Program-made: the position numbers and the translations under genes | Notes under the pieces: generated by a model | Told to the model about the DNA's origin: nothing | Databases searched by the model: none | What the model saw: the letters and a program-made list of their open reading frames with translations, nothing else | Assembly (NCBI GenBank): GCA_965141735.1 | Contig: CBCSOX010000001.1 | Span: forward strand, 1 to 62,912 | Length of the DNA: 62,912 nucleotides | DNA from: an uncultured Oscillospiraceae bacterium | Lineage (GTDB): Bacteria > Bacillota > Clostridia > Oscillospirales > Ruminococcaceae | Direction: 5' to 3' | Part shown: one piece after another, positions 40,110 through 49,133 of the stretch | Position numbering within the stretch: position 1 is the first letter of the stretch | Layout: every line of letters starts with the position of its first letter

Positions 40110-42737
40110 ATGAAAAAGATCTCGAAACAACTGCTGTCTTTGATGCTGGTATTTGCATTTGTATTTGTATCGGTGCCAATCACAGCGAATGCTGCCAGCA
40201 GAGTAGAAACCATCACACTAAAAGCAGTGGAAGGGCTCACCTATTACGACCAAGACGGGTTTGAATTTTCTGAAGCGGACAATGATATCTATCAAGAGGA
40301 CTACTCGTATACAATCGCAATCGATCCGTCGAGCGGGGATATTACGTTTACAGCCTCAAACGGTGTGATTCCGAGTTTTGCATTTGGCATCGGCCTTGCG
40401 CAGGACAAGGAGATCAGCATCACCCATGATGCAAGCCGTGCAAACTACACCGAAACCACCGCGACCAACCCAGACCGAAAGGTGTATGAGTTTAATCTAA
40501 ACACCTGCCGTTCCACCGCCTTTACAATCACTCCGGTTGTGGCGAAAGCTCCCCACACAGTGAAAATGCCCTCTGATCCCACGACGCAGTACGAGCTGAG
40601 CGCATACGGCGCGCAGTCGGTCGAGGATGGAGGAAACTACAGCTTTGACCTGACTGTGTACAGCGAATACAGCAGCTATCTGCCGGTCGTCCGGGTGGGC
40701 GGCGCAGTGCTCAACCACTCTTCTGTCAGGGCCGACGAAATGGGCAATCAGATCTACAGCTACACCATTGAATCCGTCACAAAAGACCTCAACGTCGCGG
40801 TGAGCCTCAACGCCCCCGTCATTGTCACACTCCCCTCTGGGAGCGGCTACAAGGCGGAATCCACCAGCGGCTCCAACCTGGTCGCCTACGGCGGTTCCTT
40901 TACATTCACCGTCACAGTGGAAGAGGGCTACGGCGCCCCCGCAGTCGCCTCCAACGGCATCGCGGTGGAACCGGTTCAAACCGCCGGTTCGGTCTACACC
41001 TATCAGCTGGACAATGTGCGCCAGACCCAAAACGTGAGCGTTGCAATTTCCAAACGCAATCACACCATCACCGTACAGCAGCAGGGCGACGGCTTCACCA
41101 CCACTGCTGACCCGTCCACTGTCCTCGAGTACGGCAGCAGCTACAGCTTCACCGTCGCGGCGGCACAGGGCTACAACGAGCCGGCTGTCACTGTGACCAC
41201 CGGCAGCCCCAGCAGCCTGAAACAGTCGGGCAACACCTACACCATCAACAGAGTCACCGAGGACTTTGCCATTCAGATCACCGGCGGGGGCAAGCTCTCC
41301 AGCCAGATCACCTTTAACAACGGCGAAGGCTACACCGTCCTCAATCCAGTTGATGAATCGGTTCTCACAACCGCGTCGGTTGAATACGGCAGCGCTTACA
41401 CCTTCTGGGTCAAGCTCAACGAGGGCTACACCCAGTCCGACCTCAACGTCACCGCCAACAACATCAAGCTGAACAAAACAGCGGTGGAGGGCAAAGACAA
41501 CGTCTACGCCTACACCATTCCCGCCGTGCAGGCAGCGCAGGTCGTTTCGGTCTCCAACGTGATGAGAAATACCTACAAGGCGACCCTCATTCAGGGCGAC
41601 GGCTACACCCTCACCGCCAATACCACTTCGGTGCAGCACGGGGATTCCTTTGAATTCTCGCTGGCCGTTGACCCAGCCTACAACAGCGCTTCCGCTGTCG
41701 TCAAATCGACTGGCGCCAACCAGCCGGTGTACAACGCGGAAACCAAAACCTACAGTGTGACCGTGACCGAAGATATTTCGATTTCGGTGGAGGGCCTGAC
41801 CCCCAACCAGTACAAAGTATCCTACACCCAGAGCGCAAAAGAATACAGCATTTCCACCTCGAGCAGCACTTCGGTGGGCTACAACGGCTCCTTCACCTTT
41901 GCGGTTGAAGTGAACCCCGGCTACATACTCACTGCGGTCAACGCAGTGAGCAATGGGGTCGTATCCCCCCTGAACACCATCGGAAACAACAGCTATGTGA
42001 TCAACAACATCACCGCAGACCAGTCGATTCAGATCGTCACCGCAAAAGCCTCTTACACCGTCTCTTATGTCGACGCGAAAGGGAACGGCGCGGGCACAGC
42101 GGTGTACACTGTGGACAGCCCCGAGGTCAACGCACAGACCGGAGAAATCACCCTGAAGACCCCCTCTGCCAAAAACTATCTTTTTGTCGAGTGGCAGGAT
42201 GGAACCGGAACCGGTGTGAAAAATCTCGCCCTTGGGAACGAAAATAAAGAGATCACCCTGACCGCAAACTGGGAGGTTGACTGGGAGAACCTGTTCACCG
42301 TGCAGATCGGCCTGGATGAAAACGGCTGGAATGATGTCAATGGAAAGTATTCGATCCGTCTGGTGATCCCGTGGGCAGCGGACAACATCGAAGAGCTCGC
42401 CGGCGCGAAGATCGTCAGAAGCGGCGTCTTCTATTCCAACCAGCAGATCGCAGATCAACACGACAACAACGCGCTCAAAGGCTACATTGACCAGTACACC
42501 GTAGAGGGCGCCGGACACAAATCGGTGCAGATCGGGAGCAATCCGCTCTTCCTCTACTACACCCAGTACACCACCCCCTTCACCGACATCAACGGACAGT
42601 TTACCCAGTCCTTTACCGGCATCAAACCGGGACAGGCCCGTTACGCAACGGCGTGGGTGGAAGTTGAAGTAAACGGCGTCCGCTACACCTATTTCAGCGA
42701 ACAGTGGAATGGAACTGCACCCACACCCGCCGCATAA
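40110..42737 (+). CDS. Large secreted beta-repeat (Ig/InlB-B-like) surface protein
   Basis: Signal peptide ending ITANA. About six ~75-85-aa repeats V.YG.S.TF.V....GY. No LPXTG or SLH seen. Confidence 0.8.
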   Translation: MKKISKQLLSLMLVFAFVFVSVPITANAASRVETITLKAVEGLTYYDQDGFEFSEADNDIYQEDYSYTIAIDPSSGDITFTASNGVIPSFAFGIGLAQDKEISITHDASRANYTETTATNPDRKVYEFNLNTCRSTAFTITPVVAKAPHTVKMPSDPTTQYELSAYGAQSVEDGGNYSFDLTVYSEYSSYLPVVRVGGAVLNHSSVRADEMGNQIYSYTIESVTKDLNVAVSLNAPVIVTLPSGSGYKAESTSGSNLVAYGGSFTFTVTVEEGYGAPAVASNGIAVEPVQTAGSVYTYQLDNVRQTQNVSVAISKRNHTITVQQQGDGFTTTADPSTVLEYGSSYSFTVAAAQGYNEPAVTVTTGSPSSLKQSGNTYTINRVTEDFAIQITGGGKLSSQITFNNGEGYTVLNPVDESVLTTASVEYGSAYTFWVKLNEGYTQSDLNVTANNIKLNKTAVEGKDNVYAYTIPAVQAAQVVSVSNVMRNTYKATLIQGDGYTLTANTTSVQHGDSFEFSLAVDPAYNSASAVVKSTGANQPVYNAETKTYSVTVTEDISISVEGLTPNQYKVSYTQSAKEYSISTSSSTSVGYNGSFTFAVEVNPGYILTAVNAVSNGVVSPLNTIGNNSYVINNITADQSIQIVTAKASYTVSYVDAKGNGAGTAVYTVDSPEVNAQTGEITLKTPSAKNYLFVEWQDGTGTGVKNLALGNENKEITLTANWEVDWENLFTVQIGLDENGWNDVNGKYSIRLVIPWAADNIEELAGAKIVRSGVFYSNQQIADQHDNNALKGYIDQYTVEGAGHKSVQIGSNPLFLYYTQYTTPFTDINGQFTQSFTGIKPGQARYATAWVEVEVNGVRYTYFSEQWNGTAPTPAA

Positions 42738-42758
42738 TCCAAAAAGGAGTAATTTGAC

Positions 42759-42893
42759 ATGAAAAAAGCTTACCAAGCACCTGAGTTAGAGGTTGTCCTG
42801 TTTGAGAGCGACTGCCGGATCATGGGAAACGAAGACAGCGTTGTAGACCCCGATCCGTTTGCGGAGTTCTCGGACGAACTCCCGCTTGAATAG
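42759..42893 (+). CDS. Putative RiPP precursor peptide, 44 aa (missed by ORF track)
   Basis: AAAAAGGAG RBS. MKKAYQAPELEVVLFESDCRIMGNEDSVVDPDPFAEFSDELPLE*, with a YxxPxL leader motif, followed by a terminator. Confidence 0.8.
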   Translation: MKKAYQAPELEVVLFESDCRIMGNEDSVVDPDPFAEFSDELPLE

Positions 42894-42925
42894 CCTCATA
42901 CCCAACGTTTATTCTCTGTAGAACA

Positions 42926-42967
42926 CCCGCCCGCCGCAGATTCCTACTGCGGCGGGCGGGTTTCTTT
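42926..42967 (+). terminator. Intrinsic terminator after the precursor
   Basis: 14-bp stem cccgcccgccgcag / ctgcggcgggcggg followed by tttcttt. Confidence 0.85.
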
Positions 42968-43062
42968 GTCTGTCGCCGCGGCTGCTGCTGAAAAAACAAA
43001 TTTTCAGCCCTTTGTTGCTGCCGCTTTGCCTGCCCGGCATCACATTCAGGCCAAAACCCAAG

Positions 43063-43323
43063 CAAGCTCCGACCAAAGCCCTATTCAAAAATCCAGCCGC
43101 GGCACAGACCGCAGCCGGGCAAAGCTCAAACAAAGACCTTATTGACTCCCAATCAAAAAACCAGCCAATCCCCCGGCAAATTTCTGACCAAAGCCCCAGG
43201 CAAAATTTCAGTTATGACACGAATCACAAGCAAGCAAAGCCCAAATAGAGCCACAGCCGAATTCCCGATCAAAGCCTTATTCAAAAATTTAGCTGTGGCA
43301 CGAACTGCAACCAAACAAAGCCC
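43063..43323. repeat. Three degenerate ~70-bp direct repeats
   Basis: ga(c/t)caaagcc....caaaa.t..ag....g.cac....caaagc at about 43063, 43176 and 43258. Confidence 0.6.
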
Positions 43324-43483
43324 TTATGAGATCCCAATGGAAAGCCTGGCTAAACTCCCGGCCGAGGTCCCAGCCAAAGTTCAACAAAGACCCTAGCGCT
43401 GGATGCGGACAAAACAGCTCCACATACCGCTCCGGGCAGAGGCAAAGGCAGCGCAGGCGCGAAAGGAAATGCCGGCGCGGCGG

Positions 43484-43524
43484 TTGACTTTCCCCTGCTG
43501 TCGGGTGTATACTTATTATAAACA
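43484..43524 (+). promoter_or_regulatory. Recombinase promoter
   Basis: TTGACT-N18-TATACT, within GTGTATACT-TA-TTATAAACA. Confidence 0.6.
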
Positions 43525-43582
43525 GCAATTGTCTAATCTGTATTATGTGTATATCAAATACACCGATGAGGAGGGTTTTCCC

Positions 43583-44506
43583 ATGGGCAGCCTGATCCCC
43601 CAAACCGCGCTCACCGACGATCTGTTCGCCCGGTTTGCGCAGTATCTCGACGCGAGCCCCCGCACGGTAGACACCTACGCCCGTGCGCTCAAGCAGTTCC
43701 GCCTGTGGCTGGCGATGCAGGGCACCGGCTCCCCCACCCGGGAGGACGTTCTGCGTTACCGCGACAGCCTGCGCCAAACCCGCAAGCCGGCGACCACCCA
43801 GCTCTACATGGCGGCTATCCGGCAGTTCTTCCGCTGGACCGAACAGGAGGGGCTGTACCCCGATGTGGCGGCTCACCTCAAGGGGGCAAAAATCAGCCGG
43901 GAACACAAAAAGGACGCCCTCACCCCCGCCCAAATACAGGCGGTGCTCAGCGTGCTCTCGGGGGACGACCTCATGAGCCGGCGGGACTACGCCCTTGTAT
44001 CCGTCGCGGTGACAGGTGGCCTGCGCACCGTGGAGCTGGTGCGGGCGGACGTGGGGGATCTGCGCAACCGGGGGGAACACACCGTGCTCTACATCCAGGG
44101 CAAGGGGCAGATGGAAAAGGCCGACTATGTCAAACTCCCCCTCCCGGTGCTCGAGGCGGTCAACGCCTACCTCGCCATGCGGGGAAGGACTCGGCCGGAG
44201 AATCCGCTGTTCGCCAGCCTCTCCCACCGCAACGGGGGCGGACGGCTCACCACCCGCAGCGTGAGCCGCATTGTCAAGACGGCGTTTCGCCGCGCGGGAT
44301 GGGACTCCGACCGGCTCACCGCCCACAGCCTGCGCCACACCGCCGCCACCCTCAACCTGCTCGGCGGCGGCTCGCTCGAGGAGACCCAGCAGCTGCTGCG
44401 CCACAGCGATATCAACACCACCATGGTCTACCTGCACCACCTGGAACGGGAAAAAAACCAGAGCGAGGAGCGGATCGCCGGGGCGATCTTTCAAAAAAAG
44501 GGGTGA
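43583..44506 (+). CDS. Tyrosine recombinase/integrase (XerC/D-like)
   Basis: GGLRTVEL, GKG, HSLRHTAAT, LRH.....TMVY. RBS GAGGAGG. Confidence 0.92.
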   Translation: MGSLIPQTALTDDLFARFAQYLDASPRTVDTYARALKQFRLWLAMQGTGSPTREDVLRYRDSLRQTRKPATTQLYMAAIRQFFRWTEQEGLYPDVAAHLKGAKISREHKKDALTPAQIQAVLSVLSGDDLMSRRDYALVSVAVTGGLRTVELVRADVGDLRNRGEHTVLYIQGKGQMEKADYVKLPLPVLEAVNAYLAMRGRTRPENPLFASLSHRNGGGRLTTRSVSRIVKTAFRRAGWDSDRLTAHSLRHTAATLNLLGGGSLEETQQLLRHSDINTTMVYLHHLEREKNQSEERIAGAIFQKKG

Positions 44507-45092
44507 AATTCCCCTCGCGGCTGCCCCAAAGGGGAAACAGGCCAGCCGGGTGCGCAATTGATACGGTTGTTGCCGTCTCGACTGTTTGGCTTTCGGAGCG
44601 TTTTCCCCCTGCCTTTTTCGCCGAATTGTTCCCACTGGTTTGACCGGGCATTGGTTCCGCCCGCCTCCGCCGACAGCTGGCTATCGGTGCAGTTGCGGCT
44701 GTTTTGCTGCGCCGCGGAACACAGCCGCAACGCGCTGGTTGAACCGACTCCATCCGTTCAACCGATGGGGCAGCCGCCCCTGAAAAAGGCTTCCGGCAAA
44801 GCCACCCACAGGCACAGAGCAACTGTCCGCTGCATCGCCAGCGCTGTGCCTGCCGCGGTTTTTCCGCAGCGTTTCACGCTCAGGCAAACGATGCCTGCCC
44901 GTCCATGCTCGCCTCCAGGGCGGTCTCTCTAGAATCTTGCCGCGCCTTACCTGCGCTGTCAATGCCGACAGTTTGGGGAATGCAGTCCTGCTTTTCTACT
45001 TCTACCCCGCAACCCCCGGACAATCAGGCGTTTCTGCCCGCAACCTGCGGGAGGATCCATTCTTTCGCCCCAAACAGAATCGTTTGGCAATC

Positions 45093-45121
45093 AAAAAAGC
45101 CCGGCTTCTGCCGGGCTTTTT
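45093..45121. terminator. Bidirectional terminator
   Basis: aaaaaagcccggc-ttct-gccgggcttttt. Confidence 0.8.
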
Positions 45122-45154
45122 GTCGGTTGATTCACTTCAAATCGGGGGATATTC

Positions 45155-48100
45155 TTATTTTTTCTTTTTGTTCAGCGCCAGACCAGCTCCTGCCAGCAAC
45201 AGGGCGGCGAGTGCGGCCATGGCTGGTGAAGCGTCGCCTGTCTTGGCCGGGCGGTTCGCGGATACCGCGGTGGTGTCCCCGCGAAGAGGGGCGTCCTCAG
45301 CTGCCGTCTTGTCCGATTCCGTTCCAAGCGCAGCCAGCGAGTCGATCGCCCTTTGCAGCTTGTCCGCCGCGTCGTTTACCTCGGTCTGGGTTGCATTGGC
45401 ATTTTCGCTGACCGCTTTTGCCGCGCCGTATGCCGCGCGGAACGCTGCGACACAGTCGGCTGTATACCCTTCGGTATCGATTTCAGCTGCCCGGCTCAGA
45501 ACCTCTTGCAGCACGCTCTTGTCCGCTCTGTAGCGCAGGCCCAGCATTGCGTCGAGAAGCGCTGACTCGCCTGCCGCGACCTCTTGCTGCATGGCGTTGC
45601 CGTCTTGGTACACCGCTTTTGCTTCGGTCAAAGCAGTCTCAAACGGCTGAGCGGTCACCGGGGTGTAGCGGTCGATTTGTGCGAGGAAGGTCTCGGCCAG
45701 CTGAATCAGTTCGCCGAGGGAGGTCTTGTCCCCGCGGACAAACCCGAGCTTGTGGATTTCCGTCATGAGGGTCTGCCACGCGCTGTCCACCTCCGCCTGG
45801 CTGGCCGCCGCATTCCGTTCCACCGCCTGCGCCGCTTCAAGCGCTGCGGTAAAGGACTGCTGCACCATCTCAATCACCTGTTCAAACGAAGGGTCTTGCC
45901 GCTGCTGCTGCGCATAGGCGATGACCTTTTGCAGGATTTGCTTGTCGGTCTCCTGCGCCCCGACAACGGTGGTCCAGACATAGGGGGTGAGGGTCACCGG
46001 GGAGAGCATGCCGTATTCGTCCGGGGTACGGGTGTCGGCGGGATTGGAGGCGAGCACCGCATTGAGCAGGGTGGAGGCCACCTCCACCGAGATGGTGTTC
46101 TCACCAGCTTTGAGCCAGGGCCCGATGTCAAGGGTGGTGTCGATCTGGTTGGTGGTCAGGGTGGTTCCGTTGACGGTGATCCGGTAGGTGTCGACCACAT
46201 CACCGAGTTCAATGACCGCTCCGGTTCCCTGTTGCCATCCGTTTTCCAGCTGCACCGTGGTGGTGTATCTGCCGATTCCGGACACCTTCTCCAGCCCTTC
46301 GAGCTGGTTCCAGGGGCGCAGTCCGTCGATTGTCCCGACGTCAATGTTTGTTTTTTGGCTCTGCGCCGGTGTCGCGCCCTCGCTCCAGCTTTCCACCGTC
46401 AACTCCCAGTTGGAGAGCGGAATTTCAGCGGGAACTTCACCGGTTACAACTGGGACGACTTCCCCGTTGTCAAGGGTTACCTGCTGGGTTCCGGCCTCAA
46501 AGCTCTTTGCGATCAGGCTGCCGTCCGCGGCGTATGACGTTTGCAGCCCTCCGCTCACGACGTGGCTGCCCACGACCGCGCTGCCCTGATACCAGCTCTC
46601 CGGGGCAATTGCGACCGCCATGGTGTCATTGCCGCCGATCACCGCGTCAAAGGTCACCGTCCCGTTTTGGGAGGTGTAGCTTGCAATCGGGGTGATCTCA
46701 CCCGTCCAGGTGTTGAGGAGATAGGGTCTGCCGTTCCCCTTCAGGGTAATCTTGGCGCTGACGTCGGGGATCTGCTTGGCAGCCGGATAGTTGTCCGCAT
46801 TCCCCTCGTTGTACAGATAGTACAGATCCGCGTCGTCGAGCGTGCGGTGGACGCTCAGAAGGTTCTGCGGCTGTTCAAAACTCGCATCGGGGGAAACGCC
46901 GAGCTCTTTGAGGACATCCGCAACCTGTTCGGCTGTGTCCACGATCCGGACAGAGGGATAGGACGCGAGCTGCTCCATTTTGGAGGCGATGTCCGCCTGT
47001 TCGCCATAGGCGTCCTGACGCGGCATTCCGCCGACAAACAGGAGGGGGAACCCGGCCTGTGCATACTCGAGCAGCCGGTCCGCCGTCCCGCCCGGCAGGC
47101 TGGTTTCGCTGTCAAAGACAAGCGCCTTGTAGGCGGGGCCGTCCGCGTCCAGCCTGCCGCCTGTGACAGCCGCGCTGTCCAAGCTCAGGCCCGCAGGGCT
47201 GACAAATTCATAGGTATACCCGTTTTGCTGCAGCGCCCCTCCGTCCTTGTAGACCTTGTCCGCGCCGGAATAGTCGATGTTTTCCCAATAGCTGTGGTGG
47301 TAGATGGCGACGTCTACCTTTGGGGTGCCCTGGCGCAGCAGGTACTGGTTGCGGGCGATGTAATCGGTGTAGTCCCGCGCGTGCTGCCAGCTCGGCAGCC
47401 GCTCTCCCCAGCTGTTGGACCAGGAGGACTGGCCGAACCCTTCAAACCCCGGCCAGGAGGTGCCGGCGACAAAGCCGTTTTCATTCCCCTCCCCCTCGTA
47501 CTGTCCGTTGTAGGAGTACCCGTGAAAGACGATCTGGTTGACGCCTCCCGCCATGGCGCGCTGGATGTGCCACAGCTGGTCTTCCCAGGTCTGCTGGTAG
47601 TTGCCCGCGCCGTCCTCCCCGTTCCCACGGAACAGGTTGTAGACAAAGCTGCCGAAATTGATCGAAATATTCTGTTCGGGAGACGCCTCAATCGAGTAAA
47701 TTTCCTTGTCGGTCAGGTGGACCGCGCCGGACTGAAGCCGGTAAAAGTCGATGATGTCCTTGCCGTAGAGGGTCTCGGTTTCGGGGATGTCCACATACAT
47801 TGCGGTCTGCGCAAGCTCGAGGCTTTTGCCGTAGGAGGTCTGGTACCGCAGATCCACCCCGATTTTGTCGCAGAATGCAGAGAGGGGCTCCAGGTGGTTT
47901 TGGATGTAGAGCTGGGTCAAAAGGTCTTTGTAGTCGTTTTTGAGCGCCTCGTTGCGCTGGTCAAACTGAAAATCCGGTTTCGGATCGCCCGAATAGTTTC
48001 CCGCTGAATCGGTGTCGTACACCGCGGGCAGGTAGGCCGAAAAGTCGTACTGCTTCGCCGCCTGGAATTCGTCGAGCAGGCCGATGGTCCAGTCGAGGTG

Positions 48101-48988
48101 GGTTTCAAATTCGAGCGAGTCGATAAACAGGGCGGACGCGTTTTTAAAGTCCTCCCCATAATAAGGGAGCAGGTTGTTCTCCCAATAGTCGATCAGCGCC
48201 TGCGCCCCGGCCCGGCCGAAGTGGTCGAGCTGGTAGTTGCCGTATTTCTGGTTGCCCGACGGGTGCTGCCACCAGCCGAACAGGACGTATTCCCCCGCAT
48301 CCTCGGGTGTAAACGAGACGGTGTAGTCGGTGGGGCCGTCCCCACTTTTGACGACCTCGCGGCCCATCTCAAGGGTGCGGGCGGAGTCGTAGTCCAGGGT
48401 TTTGGTCTCCTTGTCCGAATATTTGGCGACCGTCACGGCGAGCAGCTCGGGGGTACCCGCGTCGAGCTCAGAGGCGACCGGGACAGGGCCGGAATAGGGG
48501 GAATCCTTGGTGATTCCGTCCACATGCGCCCCGTCCGCTTCCATCTGCGCGCCCTGGCTCGGGTCGTCCACATCGGTGATGGTGGGCAGCGCGAGCGGCC
48601 AGGCGGGGGTCATGGTGAAGTCAATGGTGAAATCGTATTGCCCGGCGACCTGGAGCATGTGTTTGATCATCTCGTTCCACTGCTCGGTGCCCCAGTCGAT
48701 CGAGTCGCCCCCTTCGCCGCCCGACGCTACCGGGACCACTTCGGCACCCCCAAAGCCCGCCTGCGCCATGGAAGCGATCTCTTTTTCAATTTCCTCTTTG
48801 GTCATGTGGGAGCCGGGCACCCACCACCTGGTTTTGGGCCGCGCTTCGGACGGCGGGCTGGCAAAATCGCTTGCAAAGCTGTGTTCCGCCGCCTGCACAG
48901 GGGACGGGGCCCCGAGTGCGCTGACGCTGGACACCAGCAAAAGCGCGGCGAGACATCCGGCAAGCCCTTTTTTGAACAATTGATTCAT
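45155..48988 (-). CDS. Cell-wall-anchored GH106-like glycoside hydrolase (alpha-L-rhamnosidase family) with FIVAR repeats
   Basis: Signal peptide, PPSEARPKTRWW.P, AGFGGAEV, IDSLE, GVNQIVFHG. DK..L repeats, then PAKTGD + TM + KKKK. Confidence 0.8.
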   Translation of the reverse strand: MNQLFKKGLAGCLAALLLVSSVSALGAPSPVQAAEHSFASDFASPPSEARPKTRWWVPGSHMTKEEIEKEIASMAQAGFGGAEVVPVASGGEGGDSIDWGTEQWNEMIKHMLQVAGQYDFTIDFTMTPAWPLALPTITDVDDPSQGAQMEADGAHVDGITKDSPYSGPVPVASELDAGTPELLAVTVAKYSDKETKTLDYDSARTLEMGREVVKSGDGPTDYTVSFTPEDAGEYVLFGWWQHPSGNQKYGNYQLDHFGRAGAQALIDYWENNLLPYYGEDFKNASALFIDSLEFETHLDWTIGLLDEFQAAKQYDFSAYLPAVYDTDSAGNYSGDPKPDFQFDQRNEALKNDYKDLLTQLYIQNHLEPLSAFCDKIGVDLRYQTSYGKSLELAQTAMYVDIPETETLYGKDIIDFYRLQSGAVHLTDKEIYSIEASPEQNISINFGSFVYNLFRGNGEDGAGNYQQTWEDQLWHIQRAMAGGVNQIVFHGYSYNGQYEGEGNENGFVAGTSWPGFEGFGQSSWSNSWGERLPSWQHARDYTDYIARNQYLLRQGTPKVDVAIYHHSYWENIDYSGADKVYKDGGALQQNGYTYEFVSPAGLSLDSAAVTGGRLDADGPAYKALVFDSETSLPGGTADRLLEYAQAGFPLLFVGGMPRQDAYGEQADIASKMEQLASYPSVRIVDTAEQVADVLKELGVSPDASFEQPQNLLSVHRTLDDADLYYLYNEGNADNYPAAKQIPDVSAKITLKGNGRPYLLNTWTGEITPIASYTSQNGTVTFDAVIGGNDTMAVAIAPESWYQGSAVVGSHVVSGGLQTSYAADGSLIAKSFEAGTQQVTLDNGEVVPVVTGEVPAEIPLSNWELTVESWSEGATPAQSQKTNIDVGTIDGLRPWNQLEGLEKVSGIGRYTTTVQLENGWQQGTGAVIELGDVVDTYRITVNGTTLTTNQIDTTLDIGPWLKAGENTISVEVASTLLNAVLASNPADTRTPDEYGMLSPVTLTPYVWTTVVGAQETDKQILQKVIAYAQQQRQDPSFEQVIEMVQQSFTAALEAAQAVERNAAASQAEVDSAWQTLMTEIHKLGFVRGDKTSLGELIQLAETFLAQIDRYTPVTAQPFETALTEAKAVYQDGNAMQQEVAAGESALLDAMLGLRYRADKSVLQEVLSRAAEIDTEGYTADCVAAFRAAYGAAKAVSENANATQTEVNDAADKLQRAIDSLAALGTESDKTAAEDAPLRGDTTAVSANRPAKTGDASPAMAALAALLLAGAGLALNKKKK

Positions 48989-49133
48989 ACTCTCTCCTCC
49001 TCATTGGTTTTTCTTGGGTTTTGTCCTGTTTTTCTGGACTTCTGAACAACTTTATTATATAATAATGCCAAACCCGAGGCTATTTCAGAATCGGAAGGAA
49101 ATGATGCATTTTCGGCAAAAGGGAGGGAATTGC

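Noticed and set aside
35394..42893. Canonical lasso peptide cluster
   Set aside because: No Asn-synthetase-like cyclase or transglutaminase-like B2 protease in the window, and the precursor lacks Thr(-2).
43063..43395. CRISPR array
   Set aside because: Repeats are degenerate and irregularly spaced with no unique spacers, and there are no cas genes. The same applies to 50186-50794.
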